This document shows, one piece after another, positions 1 to 9,022 of a DNA stretch of 40,759 nt; position 1 is the first letter of the stretch; every line of letters starts with the position of its first letter. Below the pieces are notes generated by a model, which saw only the letters and a program-made list of their open reading frames with translations, did not search any database and was not told the DNA's origin. This DNA comes from a virus (Duplodnaviria; Caudoviricetes), in IMG/VR virus record IMGVR_UViG_3300037484_000639, positions 1 to 40,759 of that record; one strand, 5' to 3'. A program made the position numbers and the translations under genes.

Positions 1-127
1 AAAACTAGCAGCGTCAGGCGACGGTTCACAACTAGCAGCGTCAGGCTACGGTTCACAACTAGCAGCGTCAGGCTACGGTTCACAACTAGCAGCGTCAGGC
101 GACGGTTCACAACTAGCAGCGTCAGGC
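1..127. repeat. Terminal direct overlap identical to 40633..40759; likely a k=127 assembly overlap
   Basis: Direct comparison of both ends; 127 is a common de Bruijn k-mer size. Confidence 0.85.
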
Positions 128-424
128 GACAAGTCAAAACTAGCAGCGTCAGGCTACTGGTCACAACTAGCAGCGTCAGGATACAAGTCACAACTATCAG
201 CGTCAGGCTACGGTTCACAACTATCAGCGTCAGGCGACGGTTCACAACTAGCAGCGTCAGGCTACGGTTCACAACTAGCAGCGTCAGGCGACGGTTCACA
301 ACTAGCAGCGTCAGGCTACGGTTCAAAACTAGCAGCGTCAGGCTACGGTTCACAACTAGCAGCGTCAGGCGACGGTTCACAACTAGCAGCGTCAGGCTAC
401 GGGTCAAAACTAGCAGCGTCAGGA
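1..424 (+). repeat. 27-bp coding tandem repeat, 16 units here and 22 across the joined circle
   Basis: Unit CTAGCAGCGTCAGGC(G/T)ACGGTTCACAA starts at 5, 32, 59 ... 410. Confidence 0.95.
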
Positions 425-616
425 AAAAAATCAGTCTGTGCAAATATTGGGATAAATGGAAAAATTAAGGCGTCAATAGGCACATGGATGACGCTTGCCG
501 AATATGATGAAAATAACGCATGTATTATGGTCAAGTCTGCTAAGATAGACGGCGAAATATTAAAAGCAGACGTATGGTATCATTTAATTAATGGTGAATT
601 TGTAATAATAGAGTAA
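1..616 (+). CDS. C-terminal part of the 9-aa repeat protein starting at 40151 (joined about 365 aa)
   Basis: Frame 2 is open: (SQLAASGDG-like)n then GKKSVCANIGINGKIKASIGTWMTLAEYDENNACIMVKSAKIDGEILKADVWYHLINGEFVIIE, TAA at 614-616; next ATG at 618. Not in the ORF track. Confidence 0.88.
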   Translation, partial: KLAASGDGSQLAASGYGSQLAASGYGSQLAASGDGSQLAASGDKSKLAASGYWSQLAASGYKSQLSASGYGSQLSASGDGSQLAASGYGSQLAASGDGSQLAASGYGSKLAASGYGSQLAASGDGSQLAASGYGSKLAASGKKSVCANIGINGKIKASIGTWMTLAEYDENNACIMVKSAKIDGEILKADVWYHLINGEFVIIE

Positions 617-617
617 T

Positions 618-914
618 ATGAGCAAAATTGAAATTCTAAGAGAAAAAAGGAAGGCAGACAAAGAAGCTGCAATTAAGAAGTTGATGGACAAGAAATTGTC
701 GGATCTTACTGAAAGCGAGGTTGTCGCTATACATAACTATTGTAAAAAGGTAAAATTCTCTAAAAATGGCGAAACAATGAACAGGCTCAATGGTTACATT
801 TGTTTTTTCCAAGGTAAGCCCATATGTAAATGGGAGGCTATAGTATCGGGGCTTAGCTTTGATGAATTGTATGTTGGCAAAAAAAGGTATTCAATACTAA
901 AAGTGGACTTATGA
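618..914 (+). CDS. Hypothetical phage protein
   Basis: ORF coupled to its neighbours. Confidence 0.7.
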   Translation: MSKIEILREKRKADKEAAIKKLMDKKLSDLTESEVVAIHNYCKKVKFSKNGETMNRLNGYICFFQGKPICKWEAIVSGLSFDELYVGKKRYSILKVDL

Positions 915-1153
915 AAACAAACGTTAAAGATATAAACATTGGTGACAAAGTAAATTTGTCAAATACCGGGTTTGAATATGTGGTGACACATATCACTGAG
1001 GCGTCAATTTTGATGAACCGGGCTGGGATAAAATTTTGGATACCGAAATCATTAATTACTATCTCAAATTCGATGTTGAGCACTTCTGGTTATAGGCTAT
1101 TTTATTTGAAAGAATTGCCTGATTGGTTCGTCAAAAAAAATGATATAATTTGA
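911..1153 (+). CDS. Hypothetical protein (small, SH3-like beta pattern)
   Basis: Overlaps the upstream stop; DINIGDKV motif. Confidence 0.65.
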   Translation: MKTNVKDINIGDKVNLSNTGFEYVVTHITEASILMNRAGIKFWIPKSLITISNSMLSTSGYRLFYLKELPDWFVKKNDII

Positions 1154-1159
1154 ATTATT

Positions 1160-1171
1160 TTGTTATATTTG
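1160..1171 (+). promoter_or_regulatory. Bacteroidota-type -7 promoter element TATATTTG
   Basis: Intergenic TTGTTATATTTG matches TAnnTTTG. Confidence 0.6.
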
Positions 1172-1293
1172 TAATAAATAAAATATACACAATAGCGCTT
1201 ATCGGCAAATGTGATGGGGTCGAAATTTGGGAAGGTAAGTCAATGCCTTGATCTAAAAAATTAAGTAAACATTACAGACTGCTATTTGTAATT

Positions 1294-1321
1294 AGCAGCC
1301 TTGAAATACAGGCTGCTTTTT
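1294..1321 (+). terminator. Intrinsic terminator or attenuator
   Basis: AGCAGCCT-tgaaatac-AGGCTGCT followed by a T run. Confidence 0.75.
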
Positions 1322-1343
1322 AATAAAAACTAAACTTTTAATT

Positions 1344-1544
1344 ATGGAAAAAATAAGCAATAATTTGTATCGTGGTGAATTGATTACAAACATCATGGAT
1401 ATACACAGGCTTGCAATTGAAGGAAAATCAATTTATTGCAACAATCCTTGGGGCATAAGGCCAGCAGCTATTTTAATAAATTTTCCACTTATTGTCATTG
1501 TTCACGCGATTAATAATAACCAATTATATTTTACACATAAATAA
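1344..1544 (+). CDS. Hypothetical protein
   Basis: ATG ORF with A-rich leader. Confidence 0.6.
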   Translation: MEKISNNLYRGELITNIMDIHRLAIEGKSIYCNNPWGIRPAAILINFPLIVIVHAINNNQLYFTHK

Positions 1545-1566
1545 AAAAACTAAATTTACAACAGAA

Positions 1567-2637
1567 ATGAGCAATCTAAAAAAGGCTTTTGCTCAGGAAT
1601 TAGCCAAAAAAGAAATTCCAGAAATTGTTGCACTGGTAAAGAGTGTATACGAAAAGAATGGCATGTCAACTGAGCTTGAACTCCAATTCATTCAGTTGAA
1701 AATAAATGCAGATCCAAAATTATTAAGAGCTGCAAAGTCAAACCCCGAGAGCTTGTATAATTCTATTTTGCAGGCTGCTGAAAGTGGGTTATCGCTTAAC
1801 CCCCAATGGCAGGAAGGTTTCTTTGTTCCATATGAAATGACTATTGACGGCAAACCAGTACCGACCGTTACTTTTAGCCCGATGTACCGTGGCAAAAAAA
1901 AGCTCTTAATTTCAAAAGGCATTGTCAAAAACATTGAAACTGAACTTGTTTACGAAGGCGAATATTTTGAAGAAAATATAGTTAATGGAGTGCATCAAAT
2001 TTCGCATAAACCGAACTCATTCAAACGAGCCGATCACACAAAAATAATTGGTGGTTATGCAATTGTTGTGTTAAATAATGATGAAAAGCAATACATAGTA
2101 AAAGGCCGTGATTATTTTGATCGCTGCATGAAATCAAGCCAACAAAAAATGGGAGGCAAAACTAGTCCTGCATGGTCGCAATGGTTTGACCAAATGTGTG
2201 AAAAATGCTTGGTGAATGCAGCCGATTCAAAAATCCCAAAAATTGGGATCAATTCAGAAGTAACGAAACTTCTTAATGATATCAACACTAATGACATTGA
2301 TTATGTTGATGTTTCAAATGAAAATATTGAAAAATTACCGGAGCCAAAAAAAACACTTCCAGATCCTGAGTTCTCAAAATTAATTAGTGATTTGTACGAT
2401 TATGCAATTTCACTTGATGCAGCAAGGCGAAAATATAAAAAGTTTGATTTCACTGATGAACAAAAAAACGAAATCATTAAAGCCGGGACTCTCGACGAAA
2501 CAAGACTTAATGAGATCATTCGACTTGTAATTGACGAAAAGTTCAAACTTGATTATTTTGAATTTTTCTTGAATTCGGAGCAATTTGAGTTAGTGAAAAA
2601 TGCTATTATCGACAACGAACTTAGCAATCAGAAATAA
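1567..2637 (+). CDS. recT: RecT-family single-strand annealing recombinase with C-terminal extension
   Basis: SILQAAESGLSLNP...FFVPY...PMYRG...VYEGEYF...IIGGYA...SPAWSQWFDQMCEK pattern; ATG at 1567 preferred over the track start at 1492. Confidence 0.85.
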   Translation: MSNLKKAFAQELAKKEIPEIVALVKSVYEKNGMSTELELQFIQLKINADPKLLRAAKSNPESLYNSILQAAESGLSLNPQWQEGFFVPYEMTIDGKPVPTVTFSPMYRGKKKLLISKGIVKNIETELVYEGEYFEENIVNGVHQISHKPNSFKRADHTKIIGGYAIVVLNNDEKQYIVKGRDYFDRCMKSSQQKMGGKTSPAWSQWFDQMCEKCLVNAADSKIPKIGINSEVTKLLNDINTNDIDYVDVSNENIEKLPEPKKTLPDPEFSKLISDLYDYAISLDAARRKYKKFDFTDEQKNEIIKAGTLDETRLNEIIRLVIDEKFKLDYFEFFLNSEQFELVKNAIIDNELSNQK

Positions 2638-2869
2638 TGGTTCAAATCACACTTCATGATCTCCCAAATGTGTAGCTATGGTAAAAATGATAGAAGATAT
2701 TTTATTTGAAAATGACAAGTTTAATATCGTTAAGAAAATAATTGTCTCGAGCGATAAGTCAGTAACAAAACGGGATTATGTTGATGTTTTTGTTAATGAA
2801 ATTTGATAAGAATTATTCAAATGAAAATTGGAATGACGTAAAAATTGAAATCAATACACCAGCAAACAT

Positions 2870-3157
2870 ATGGAATACAGAGACAGCGTAATAATAGTAC
2901 TATCCGCAATAATAGTAATTTTGGCATTGTATTTTGTCATTAATTATTATTCAAATGATACGCCGGACGGGATCGAAGGAAAAACATTGGTTGAATTACT
3001 AATCATGGCAAATCAACAGATGGAGGATCGTGACAAGCTTGCCTTGACAATTCAGATACTCAAAGATATCGACTTTGAAAAGCTTGAAATTTGGCAAATA
3101 GCAGAATTTAAAAAACAATTTGAAAAATGTTTAAATGACTCAAACACAGGTACATAA
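2870..3157 (+). CDS. Hypothetical membrane-anchored protein
   Basis: N-terminal hydrophobic helix. Confidence 0.65.
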   Translation: MEYRDSVIIVLSAIIVILALYFVINYYSNDTPDGIEGKTLVELLIMANQQMEDRDKLALTIQILKDIDFEKLEIWQIAEFKKQFEKCLNDSNTGT

Positions 3158-3344
3158 CTTGAAGTTACAAATTATAAAAAACACCCTCCTGTTTTTGAAC
3201 GGAAAAAAAGAACTCAGAGAAGGCATTTTAAGCGATTTAAAAGTACTGGCTAATACATTTAACCTAAAAACATCAAAAGTAGCCAAAATTGATCCTATGA
3301 CAGCGTTAATTCGGTTTATTGACTATGACAAAGGATGCTGGTGA
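3135..3344 (+). CDS. Hypothetical protein
   Basis: ORF in operon. Confidence 0.6.
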   Translation: MTQTQVHNLKLQIIKNTLLFLNGKKELREGILSDLKVLANTFNLKTSKVAKIDPMTALIRFIDYDKGCW

Positions 3345-3371
3345 AAGCATAAACAAATTATATAGCTCATT

Positions 3372-3734
3372 ATGAAATCAAAAATATTAGAAGTTTTTTA
3401 TTGTGAATATTGCAAGAAGCATTATTTACGAAAACATCTTTGCGGAAAACATGAAAAACAATGTGGTCGCAATCCTAAAAATTGGCGTGCTTGCCATAGC
3501 TGCATTTATCTTGCAAAAACTAAAGATTTTATTTATAGTGGTTATGGAGAAACTGAAAAGGTTGTAGAAATATTGCATTGTAATAAGTTAAACAATCACG
3601 TTTTTCCAACTAAGGTTGAGCACAAAGGTAATCAGTTTGAGTTTGCTGAAATTGAAAATTTACCGATGCCTAAACAATGTGATCACAAAGAAGCTGACGA
3701 AGATCAATATAAAGATTTTTTTAATGATTTTTAA
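3372..3734 (+). CDS. Cys/His-rich putative zinc-binding protein
   Basis: CEYC...CGKHEKQC...CHSC motifs. Confidence 0.7.
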   Translation: MKSKILEVFYCEYCKKHYLRKHLCGKHEKQCGRNPKNWRACHSCIYLAKTKDFIYSGYGETEKVVEILHCNKLNNHVFPTKVEHKGNQFEFAEIENLPMPKQCDHKEADEDQYKDFFNDF

Positions 3735-3769
3735 TAAGCAAATTATTTAATTCACTTTAATTTAAAAAA

Positions 3770-4198
3770 ATGAAAAAACTAGGACAAGAATTTTCTCAAG
3801 GAATGGCACGAAAAACATTCTTTAACGACAACGCAGACAGCGTTGAAAAAAAAGGCTACATGAAGAAATTCACCGAAGATGATTTGGTGGATTTCAAAAA
3901 TGACCTTTCTGAAACCGATATTGTGATGAACGATATTGAGGAGGAAAAAAAAGAAGTGGTAAATGTTTTCAAACAAAAGCTTAAACCGCTTCAACAAAAA
4001 CAACAAAAATTACTTCGAGATCTGAAATTGAAAGCTGAATACGTGAATGAAGATTGTTACAAATTCATTGATGCTAATACCAGAACTGTCGAATATTACA
4101 ATGTAGAAGGTGAATTAATTGAGTCACGCCAGGCCAATGCAGACGAATTGCAAAGGAATTTGTTTCAGGAGATCCGGAAAAATGGAACAACTGATTAA
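3770..4198 (+). CDS. Hypothetical coiled-coil phage protein
   Basis: 142-aa ORF with central coiled coil. Confidence 0.75.
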   Translation: MKKLGQEFSQGMARKTFFNDNADSVEKKGYMKKFTEDDLVDFKNDLSETDIVMNDIEEEKKEVVNVFKQKLKPLQQKQQKLLRDLKLKAEYVNEDCYKFIDANTRTVEYYNVEGELIESRQANADELQRNLFQEIRKNGTTD

Positions 4199-4230
4199 TT
4201 AGTAATTTTAATATCTAAAACAATAAAAAA

Positions 4231-4974
4231 ATGGAAAACAAAAAATTTGAAATTAAAATGCCTGAAAATTCTGGTATAAACGAAATCGTAATTCGTGAAG
4301 TAGACTCAGTTAACGAACTTCCAGTAAAAGCCCCGGTATTACTTGACATTGTAGGGATTATTTCTTGCGTGTATGAGTTTATTTTGAAGCGAATTTCTGA
4401 ATTTTCTCAAATAAACCAGAAATTTTGTCACATACTTGTAGATCGTGCCGCAATGTCAATTAGATTGATTACTAATGAACATGACTATTATTGGTCTAAT
4501 CGGATTGCAGGAGTATTGCAAATTCACCCCAAGTTTAAGGAGTTTGGAATTAATACAGCGAAAGTATGGACACCAACGGCATTGGCTATGTTCATTAAAA
4601 TGAACCGGGCTTTTTTTCCTTCAAAAGAAGATAATATGAAGTTGGTTAGTGTCTTGATGAATTTTACGGCAACGGTCAATAACAGTGTTGAAAAAACAGC
4701 CAGCGAAAAAGGGGATCGATCCGATAAGTTCGAACAGGTTGTTAATTCAAACCTTCCGAGTTCATTCAATTTGCAGATTCCAATTTTTAAAGGATTAAAT
4801 GCTGAAACATTAGAAATTGAGACTTTCGCACAAATAAACGGGCGTGAGATTTCTTTTATCTTAATTTCTCCGGGCGCGCAGGCTGTAATTGATGAAATTC
4901 GAGATAGTATTATCGATGCTGAATTAGAAAAAATTAGAAAAATTGCCCCGGATATTGCTATTATTGAGCAATAA
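4231..4974 (+). CDS. Hypothetical phage protein
   Basis: 247-aa ORF with A-rich start context. Confidence 0.8.
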   Translation: MENKKFEIKMPENSGINEIVIREVDSVNELPVKAPVLLDIVGIISCVYEFILKRISEFSQINQKFCHILVDRAAMSIRLITNEHDYYWSNRIAGVLQIHPKFKEFGINTAKVWTPTALAMFIKMNRAFFPSKEDNMKLVSVLMNFTATVNNSVEKTASEKGDRSDKFEQVVNSNLPSSFNLQIPIFKGLNAETLEIETFAQINGREISFILISPGAQAVIDEIRDSIIDAELEKIRKIAPDIAIIEQ

Positions 4975-4978
4975 TTTG

Positions 4979-5110
4979 TATATTTGTTATTCAATTAATA
5001 GCTACCAAATGAAATTAGAATCTAACTTACACAATAATAATCCCCCTCAAATTTAGGCTTTAACAGGTTGTTGGTAGCTCCCGGTTATTGCCTTTTTTGT
5101 GGGGTTTTTT
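4979..5110 (+). promoter_or_regulatory. Promoter plus structured leader/attenuator upstream of the HNH-replication operon
   Basis: TATATTTG 4979-4986; AGCTACCAA 5000-5008 is complementary to loop TTGGTAGCT 5071-5079 of a long hairpin (5043-5104) followed by T6. Confidence 0.6.
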
Positions 5111-5121
5111 ATTTTATCGTT

Positions 5122-5553
5122 ATGAAAAAATATGCAGATAAATTGAGACATCCGAACTGGCAAAAGAAAAGGCTTGAAATAATGTTACGTGATAACTTTA
5201 AATGTATAATTTGTGGAGACAAAGAAACTACTTTAAATATTCATCATTTAAAGTATTCAAACAAAAAGCCGTGGGAAATTGACAATAAAGAGTTAATTAC
5301 TGTTTGCGAACATTGTCATATTGTAATTGAACAATTGAAAGATCGATTTGGAGCAAGTTTTAATACAAAGAATGTAAATATTTATAAGTCTTTTGATGAA
5401 AATAATAAGAATTATCTTCAAGTCATAAAATATGAAAATAATATTTACATACGTCATTATGATATAGACTTTAGGCCTTTAGGTGGAACGATGCTTAATA
5501 AATCTGATATAATTGCTATTTCTGAATTTATTGGGCAATTAAAAGTTAATTAA
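5122..5553 (+). CDS. HNH endonuclease
   Basis: WQKKRLEIMLRDNFKCIICG...LNIHH...LITVCEHCH; ATG at 5122. Confidence 0.88.
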   Translation: MKKYADKLRHPNWQKKRLEIMLRDNFKCIICGDKETTLNIHHLKYSNKKPWEIDNKELITVCEHCHIVIEQLKDRFGASFNTKNVNIYKSFDENNKNYLQVIKYENNIYIRHYDIDFRPLGGTMLNKSDIIAISEFIGQLKVN

Positions 5554-5554
5554 C

Positions 5555-6238
5555 ATGGAACTAAACGGCTGGATCAAGTTGCATCGAAAATTTATCGGTT
5601 GGGAATGGTATAAGAAATCTGAAATGGTGCATTTATTTCTACATTTATTATTAAAAGCTAATCACGATACGCGCAAATGGCAAGGCGTGGTGATAAATAG
5701 AGGACAGCTAATAACTGGCAGGAAATCATTAAGTGATGAAACTGGCATTTCTGAAAGAGTAATCAGAACTTGCCTTGAAAGGCTAAAATCGACCAACGAA
5801 ATAGCCATCAAATCGACCAACAAAAATAGTATTATAACTATTTGTAATTATGATAGTTACCAAATAATAAAAGACAATAACGACCATCAAATTGACCAAC
5901 AAATTGACCAGCAATCGACCAGCAATCGACCAGCAATCGACCAGCAACCGACCACAAACAAGAATGATAAGAAGAATAAGAATGATAAGAATGAAAAGAA
6001 TCATTTATTTAAAAATTCGAAATATTTTGATTTTGAATTATTCAAATCTGAGATTGGTGAAAATTATCAGCAATACGATTTGAAATTTTATTATGATAGT
6101 TTGAAAAATTATTCTGAATCAAAAAATAAAATGTACATGAATTGGTTAGCTGCTGGAAGAAATTTTATTTTAAAAGATTTAAGGGAAAATAAGGCAAAAT
6201 TTGCATTGAAACCGCAAGGCAAGATAATGCCTTGGTAA
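5555..6238 (+). CDS. Lambda O-like replication initiator (N-terminal HTH)
   Basis: GWIKLHRK...LLLKANH...RGQLITGRKSLS...IITICNYDSYQ; internal iterons; upstream of the helicase. Confidence 0.82.
   Translation: MELNGWIKLHRKFIGWEWYKKSEMVHLFLHLLLKANHDTRKWQGVVINRGQLITGRKSLSDETGISERVIRTCLERLKSTNEIAIKSTNKNSIITICNYDSYQIIKDNNDHQIDQQIDQQSTSNRPAIDQQPTTNKNDKKNKNDKNEKNHLFKNSKYFDFELFKSEIGENYQQYDLKFYYDSLKNYSESKNKMYMNWLAAGRNFILKDLRENKAKFALKPQGKIMPW
5786..6001. repeat. Iteron-like repeats, putative replication origin inside the initiator gene
   Basis: AAATCGACCAAC at 5786 and 5810; GACC-anchored units at 5882, 5894, then 11-bp period at 5906, 5917, 5928, 5939, 5950; purine-rich AAGAATGAT repeats follow. Confidence 0.7.
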
Positions 6239-6248
6239 AAAAACATTA

Positions 6249-7994
6249 ATGAAACTACAAAGCTCCATAACCAAAACAATATACAACCTTGAATTTAACG
6301 AATCAAGGCCAAAAGAGCGTTACAGATGCCCGGAGCCAGGTTGTGCGAGATCCGACCGGAAAAATCCGAAAGATCTACAATATTATCCTGAAACAAAAAC
6401 AGCATATTGCCACAAATGCACGGCTGCATTTTTCGAATACAATAAACATGAAAAAATCAATTACATAGTCCCGGAATGGAAAAATATCACAAATCTTTCA
6501 GATAAGGCAGTTAAGTGGTTCACAGGTCGTATGATTAGCCAAAAGACACTAGTCAAAATGAAGGTTTATACTGACAATGAGTATTTTCCTCAATTGAAAA
6601 AAGAATCAGAATCAATACAGTTTCCATTTTTCAAAGGTGAAAAACTGATTAATATCAAATCACGCGGGGCAAATAAGTCATTCAAACTTACATCCGGTGC
6701 AGAGCTAATTTGGTACAATTTCAATGCAATTGTCGATGCAAAAGAAATTATCATTTGCGAGGGTGAAATAGATGTGCTGAGTTGGATAGAGATAGGTGTA
6801 GATAACGTTATTAGTGTACCGAATGGTGCTAATAACAGGTTTGATTATATTGATACTTCGATTGATTTATTTGATGATATTGAGAAAATTTATTTGGCGA
6901 CTGATAACGATGCCCCGGGATTACAGCTAAGGGAAGAATTGATACGTCGTTTCGGGGCGGATAGGTGTTTTTTGATAAATTTCAAGCAATACAAGGATTC
7001 AAATGCTTATTTGATCGGTTTTGGAGGTTTGGAATTAAAGAAAACACTTTCAGAAGCAAAACAAGTACCCATTAAGGGTATTGTCGAAATTAAATCACTG
7101 TATGCTGATATTGTAGACTTATATGAAAATGGGATCACCCGTGGGGCAATAACAAGAAATAGCGAATTAGATAATCTGGTAACATGGGAGTTATCAAGAT
7201 TACTTGTAGTATCTGGTATCCCGGGAATGGGTAAGAGTGAATTTGTTGATTATCTGATAACAAGATTGAATTTGATCTATGGATGGAAAGTTGGTTTATT
7301 TTCGCCTGAGAATTATCCTTTGAAATTTCATTACCGAAAATTACATGAAAAATTTTGTGGGCAAAAATTTCACAAATCGAATGATGTTGATTTTGATAAT
7401 GTTTTTGAATACATCCAAGATAATTTTTTCTACATACTTGATGAAAATGACCTGACTGTTGATTCTGTTTTGAAATCAGCAAAAGCACTTGTTAAGCAAA
7501 AAGGGATCAAAATATTAGTGCTTGATCCGTTCAATAAATTAGATCACCAATACGGCTCAAAAAATAATGAAACCCAATATATCTCAAAATTTCTTGGTAC
7601 GCTTACTGATTTTGCACGATTTAATAATATTTTGGTAATTTTAGTTGCGCACCCGCGCAAGATGCAGCGCGGCGAAATACCCAATCTTTATGATATTTCC
7701 GGATCAGCTCATTTCTACAACATGTCCGACTATGGAATTGTTGTACATCGCGAAAAAGATGAAAATGGGAAAATGGTTAATGATGTTGATATATATGTAC
7801 AGAAAGTTAAATTCAATCATCTTGGGCAGCAAGGTTGTGCTGAATTATGCTATAACTATAACAATGGTCGTTATGAAAAAAGGGGAGATGTGAATGATTT
7901 GGATAACTCTAATTGGTTGCAATTACCGGATAACAACGATCTTTCTTATGAAATTGATAACTTTTTTGGGCCAATATCTGAAATGCCATTTTAA
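6249..7994 (+). CDS. Bifunctional primase-helicase (Zn-binding + TOPRIM + SF4 helicase; T7 gp4/Twinkle-like)
   Basis: CPEPGC...CHKC; IICEGEID; LATDND; Walker A GIPGMGKS; ILVLDP; LVAHPRK; DISGSAHF. Confidence 0.92.
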   Translation: MKLQSSITKTIYNLEFNESRPKERYRCPEPGCARSDRKNPKDLQYYPETKTAYCHKCTAAFFEYNKHEKINYIVPEWKNITNLSDKAVKWFTGRMISQKTLVKMKVYTDNEYFPQLKKESESIQFPFFKGEKLINIKSRGANKSFKLTSGAELIWYNFNAIVDAKEIIICEGEIDVLSWIEIGVDNVISVPNGANNRFDYIDTSIDLFDDIEKIYLATDNDAPGLQLREELIRRFGADRCFLINFKQYKDSNAYLIGFGGLELKKTLSEAKQVPIKGIVEIKSLYADIVDLYENGITRGAITRNSELDNLVTWELSRLLVVSGIPGMGKSEFVDYLITRLNLIYGWKVGLFSPENYPLKFHYRKLHEKFCGQKFHKSNDVDFDNVFEYIQDNFFYILDENDLTVDSVLKSAKALVKQKGIKILVLDPFNKLDHQYGSKNNETQYISKFLGTLTDFARFNNILVILVAHPRKMQRGEIPNLYDISGSAHFYNMSDYGIVVHREKDENGKMVNDVDIYVQKVKFNHLGQQGCAELCYNYNNGRYEKRGDVNDLDNSNWLQLPDNNDLSYEIDNFFGPISEMPF

Positions 7995-8243
7995 AAATTT
8001 TATTTTATGAAAACAAGATATAAAAAAACTATTTCTATAAAAGAAGTTCTTAGGCAGCATAGGGCATTAATGAAATTATTATCTTCTATTCCGAAAGAAT
8101 GTAAAAAAGAAATTAGGCCAAATGCGAGTATGGGTATTACTTCAACAAAGAGGTGATGCCGTTTTGAAACTAACTTAAATTAAAATTATGCCTGAATTAA
8201 ACGAAATTGAAGTAAAAGACTACCGGATGTAATTCACTTAAAC

Positions 8244-8459
8244 ATGACAAAAATACATTATTCAAAACATTCTGCTATTTTTGAATGCGAAGGCAAACCA
8301 CTCCACGGCAAAAAGTTTTTCTATGAATCAACAACCGAGGTCAAAGGATTTATGGAATACGGGAAAACTTCATCAATATTTTATTTGGATGAACCAGGTT
8401 CAAGAAAATTTAAAACAATCGAAAAGTTAGTGAATTTTTATAATAAACAAAATCAATAA
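8244..8459 (+). CDS. Hypothetical protein
   Basis: ORF in operon. Confidence 0.65.
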   Translation: MTKIHYSKHSAIFECEGKPLHGKKFFYESTTEVKGFMEYGKTSSIFYLDEPGSRKFKTIEKLVNFYNKQNQ

Positions 8460-8460
8460 T

Positions 8461-8823
8461 ATGAAACACATTGATGAATATTACAAAGAATGGAGTGGAG
8501 AACATCACACTACTAACAGTTGCCATCCAGTACATGACAGTGCGGAGGCTTGCGACTTTGCAGAATTCTATTTTAAAGAAAAATCTAAAGAAATAAAAAC
8601 AATAAAAATGAAATTCAAAGATGCACCAATTGGGGCAAGGTTTAAGTATCCAAATATGAAAACTGTATGGGTCAAAATAGATTCATATACAAAAGGATTA
8701 TTTAGTGAAAGAAATGGTTTAATCGTTAAATGGAATGGGAATATTAAAGGGCATCAAATATTTTGCTCTTTCATCGATGAAGATGAGGGAATTGATTTTG
8801 ATACGGTTGTTGAGCTTATTTAG
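8461..8823 (+). CDS. Hypothetical protein
   Basis: ORF in operon; may be two fused small domains. Confidence 0.65.
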   Translation: MKHIDEYYKEWSGEHHTTNSCHPVHDSAEACDFAEFYFKEKSKEIKTIKMKFKDAPIGARFKYPNMKTVWVKIDSYTKGLFSERNGLIVKWNGNIKGHQIFCSFIDEDEGIDFDTVVELI

Positions 8824-8853
8824 CATTTGAAAATAACTTAAAAATGAAAATAT

Positions 8854-9021
8854 ATGACACGACAAGACTACGAAAACAAAAAGAAAAAAATGATGGAACT
8901 TAGTTCCAGAGTTGATCTGATCGATTCTGAAACTATTGAACTTCTTGATTTGATTATGGAAGTAAGCATTTACGAGGCTAACAACGGGCTAATTGATGAA
9001 AATGAATTTAAAAAGGATTGA
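8854..9021 (+). CDS. 55-aa protein resembling a HigA antitoxin N-terminal region
   Basis: Hand translation MTRQDYENKKKKMMELSSRVDLIDSETIELLDLIMEVSIYEANNGLIDENEFKKD; fills the gap, next ATG at 9023. Confidence 0.5.
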   Translation: MTRQDYENKKKKMMELSSRVDLIDSETIELLDLIMEVSIYEANNGLIDENEFKKD

Positions 9022-9022
9022 T

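Noticed and set aside
1-424. CRISPR array
   Set aside because: The units are contiguous 27-mers with only a few recurring variant bases and no unique spacers. They stay in frame within a protein, and no cas genes are present.
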